Below, in pieces: positions 31,647 to 34,204 of a stretch of 34,204 bases of DNA. Origin of the DNA: Cytophagaceae bacterium (GTDB lineage Bacteria; Bacteroidota; Bacteroidia; Cytophagales; Cytophagaceae); the NCBI GenBank assembly GCA_035568055.1, contig DATMOV010000183.1, forward strand, positions 1 through 34,204. Reading direction: 5' to 3'. The notes under the pieces are model-generated. The model saw nothing but the letters and a program-made list of their open reading frames with translations, was not told where the DNA came from and made no database searches. The translations under genes and the position numbers were made by a program. Every line of letters begins with the position of its first letter. The stretch's first letter is position 1.

Positions 31647-33923
31647 ATGATAAAGCCTTCGTTATTTTCTTTACTATTTATATTGGCTGTAACACTTGCC
31701 AATGCTCAATCAACTGAGATATACTGGCCTCAGGAAATTATATCCGGACAAGACACTATCATTGTATACCAGCCTCAAATAGAATCGTGGAAAGATAATA
31801 TCATGCAGAGCAGGTCAGCTGTTCAATATCTTAGTTCGGGTAAAGACGCAGCTTTTGGTATCATTGAATTCAGTTCCCGCACGGAAACGGATATTCAAAA
31901 AAATCTGGTCTATATGAATGATCTTCAAATACAGAAATATAATTTCCCCATTTTGCCTGATAAAGGAAAAGCAGTCGGTGATATAATTACCTCACAACTT
32001 CATCAGCAAAGTCAATTATCTCTTGACCAGGTGAAGAGTGATCTTTCCATCAACAAAGCAATAGAAAGCCAAAAGGTTGAAGTGAGAAATGATCCTCCCA
32101 AAATATATTTCAGTGCTTCTCCTGCCGCGCTGGTATTGGTGGATGGCGATCCAGTAAAAAAACCAATAGAAGGAAGCAAATTTGAACGCGTCATCAATAC
32201 CTCATCATTTATGATATGGAATCCAGCGAACAATATTTATGAAGTGAGTCTTTTCGGTCAATGGTTTATGAGTATAGATATAGAAGGTACTTGGACTATG
32301 GATCCATCTCCGGATAAGCACCTTAAGAAATTATTGGAGCATGCTTTAAAAACTGATACCTCCATTCAAACTTTTGATCCTCCTGCTGATGAAGTTGAAA
32401 AAATGCTGGAACAAGGTAAGTCTCCTGTTATTTTTGTTTCAACACAGCCTTCTGAATTACTGATTACCGATGGAGAACCCATCTACGAACCAATATCCAA
32501 CACAAATCTGCTTTATGTCAAAAACACAAGTGCAGATATGTTCAAATATATTGGAGATGGTATGACCTATGTACTTATTTCAGGCCGATGGTTTAAGGCA
32601 TCTGATGTGCATCAGGGCTGGACTTTTGTTTCTCCCAATCAACTGCCCGAAGATTTTAAAAATATACCTGAAGACCATACTAAAGGCAGTGCCCTGGTAT
32701 CAGTCGCCAATACTCCTCAGGCTGAAGAAGCTGTTATCAGCAGCCAGATTCCACAAACAGCTACAGTAAATCGTCAGAACACTACCATACAAAGTAACTA
32801 CGACGGCTTACCAAATTTTCAACCCATTGATGGAACTAACATGCAGTATGCTGTTAACAGCCAGATACCGATAATTTATGCAGACAATTACTATTATTCA
32901 GTAAGCAACGGAGTTTGGTATAATGCCCCAAACCCTAATGGGCCATGGATGGTAGCGGTAAATATTCCGTCTGTCATTTATTCTATTCCTGCAAGCAGCC
33001 CGATTTATTATGTAACTTATGTAAGGGTTTACGGATATACACCAACAGTTGTATATGTCGGTTATACACCAGGGTATTATGGCTGCTATGTGAATCCTTA
33101 TGGCACTGTTGTATATGGAACAGGCTGGAGATACAGGCCATGGATCGGGAGACGTTGGTATGGAAATCCTTATAGCTATGGTATGGGAATAAATTTCAAC
33201 TGGAATAGCTGGGCAGGCTGGAGCATGAACTTTGGTTATGGGTCACATTATTATCCTTCATACAGGCCTTGGTGGGGGCCTATGTCCTATGGGCCATATA
33301 GATCTTATCATGTAAATCATAATCAGATAAATATTTACAACTATAATCAAAGAAATGTAATTGTAAATAATAATCACTTTCGGAATGTGACGAATAATTA
33401 CAACCAACGTAATTTCTCCGGTCAGAACCAGCATTGGAGAGGTAGTGGTGGAGCTGGGAATCATTATTTTGCAGGCAAAGATGGAAGTGTATATCGCAGA
33501 AACAGCAACGGAACCTGGCAGAGAAATCAAGGAAACCAGTGGCACAATGCCCAGAATCCGCAAATGAATAATCAATATAATGGCCGGCAAAATGGAAATA
33601 ATCGGATGCAAATACAACACAATTATCGCTCTGCTAACAATAACAACTATGGTAGTAATATGTACAACAGGCCTAATACCGGTAATAACTCTTACAATAG
33701 AAGAAGCGGCGGAAATTCGGGGATGAATGGCGGCCAAATGAACCGAGGAAATAATGGAAACGGATGGAGTGGCGGGGGCGGCAATAGCGGTGTTGGCAGA
33801 GGCAATGGTGGGGGTGGCGGTGGTAATAGAGGTGGCGGAGGCGGTAATTTCGGTGGAGGTGGTGGAAATAGGGGTGGTGGTGGAGGTCGCGGAGGCGGCG
33901 GCGGTGGGCGAGGACACCACTAA
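31647..33923 (+). CDS. Large secreted protein of unknown function with repeated G-x-W(F/Y) modules, an aromatic-rich segment and an Asn/Gly/Arg low-complexity tail
   Basis: 758 aa with a signal peptide (LFILAVTLANAQ). Three similar modules are seen: FGQWFMSIDIEGTWTM, SGRWFKASDVHQGWTFV and NGVWYNAPNPNGPWMVA. A Tyr/Trp/Pro-rich block and then about 200 aa of N/Q/G/R-rich sequence follow, ending GGGNRGGGGGNFGGGGGNRGGGGGRGGGGGGRGHH. Confidence 0.8.
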   Translation: MIKPSLFSLLFILAVTLANAQSTEIYWPQEIISGQDTIIVYQPQIESWKDNIMQSRSAVQYLSSGKDAAFGIIEFSSRTETDIQKNLVYMNDLQIQKYNFPILPDKGKAVGDIITSQLHQQSQLSLDQVKSDLSINKAIESQKVEVRNDPPKIYFSASPAALVLVDGDPVKKPIEGSKFERVINTSSFMIWNPANNIYEVSLFGQWFMSIDIEGTWTMDPSPDKHLKKLLEHALKTDTSIQTFDPPADEVEKMLEQGKSPVIFVSTQPSELLITDGEPIYEPISNTNLLYVKNTSADMFKYIGDGMTYVLISGRWFKASDVHQGWTFVSPNQLPEDFKNIPEDHTKGSALVSVANTPQAEEAVISSQIPQTATVNRQNTTIQSNYDGLPNFQPIDGTNMQYAVNSQIPIIYADNYYYSVSNGVWYNAPNPNGPWMVAVNIPSVIYSIPASSPIYYVTYVRVYGYTPTVVYVGYTPGYYGCYVNPYGTVVYGTGWRYRPWIGRRWYGNPYSYGMGINFNWNSWAGWSMNFGYGSHYYPSYRPWWGPMSYGPYRSYHVNHNQINIYNYNQRNVIVNNNHFRNVTNNYNQRNFSGQNQHWRGSGGAGNHYFAGKDGSVYRRNSNGTWQRNQGNQWHNAQNPQMNNQYNGRQNGNNRMQIQHNYRSANNNNYGSNMYNRPNTGNNSYNRRSGGNSGMNGGQMNRGNNGNGWSGGGGNSGVGRGNGGGGGGNRGGGGGNFGGGGGNRGGGGGRGGGGGGRGHH

Positions 33924-34204
33924 TCAAGAATTCCGGTTTGATAATTTCTGCTCATTATTTTTCTGTTGCTCAAAAGAGCAGCAAAGGTGGGAAGTATTTT
34001 ATAATTTAAACAGTGACCTTGCTAAGGGTCGGTCTGGGCGGAGTCGAAGACTTGTTGGTATAACGCAGGCTGTAAAAATTTCATGAATGCTTCGACGGAG
34101 TTTATCACTATGGATAGAGAATGGCTCAGCATGACAACGAGAAACCTGGTTTGAATTTTGATGTTTGAATTTTAAATTTATTTTTTCTTTTCAAACTCCT
34201 GCGC

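Noticed and set aside
33258-34086. 220-aa and 84-aa minus-strand ORFs and a 110-aa plus-strand ORF over the end of the 758-aa gene
   Set aside because: These are artefacts of the GGN/GGT-rich repeat DNA, which is open in several frames. Their products are monotonous (TTT/SSA/VVE runs).

Overview
AT-rich chromosomal segment of Bacteroidota type, judged from gene content: gliding/T9SS genes, a split atp operon and a TAnnTTTG-type promoter box. Positions 1-27250 are densely packed, conserved core genes. They comprise a secreted M1 peptidase (partial), hemW, an Omp85/BamA-family OMP, a WecA/MraY-family transferase, a DUF4271-like membrane protein and hemD. Next come the T9SS/gliding core porP-gldK-gldL-gldM-gldN. 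On the minus strand sits a translationally coupled sprE(porW)-PBP1A-uvrC unit. A LytM(M23)-like protein and a bactofilin then run directly into the F-type ATP synthase operon atpZ-orf-atpB-E-F-H-A-G, which ends in a clear terminator. Positions 27250-34204 look accessory. This part holds two copies of a ~275-bp non-coding element with nested inverted repeats; the second copy carries a ~190-bp insertion and abuts a decayed lipoprotein gene. The copies sit upstream of an orphan secreted two-domain protein and a 172-aa minimal protein-kinase-like gene. Further right are a divergent RsmH/MraW-family methyltransferase with a basic N-terminal extension, a second decayed signal-peptide ORF, and a 758-aa secreted protein with an Asn/Gly/Arg-rich tail. 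I found no rRNA, tRNA, CRISPR array, transposase, integrase or reverse transcriptase. The repeat element and the orphan genes it precedes are the best candidates for something undescribed. All functional ideas about them are inference from sequence reading only.
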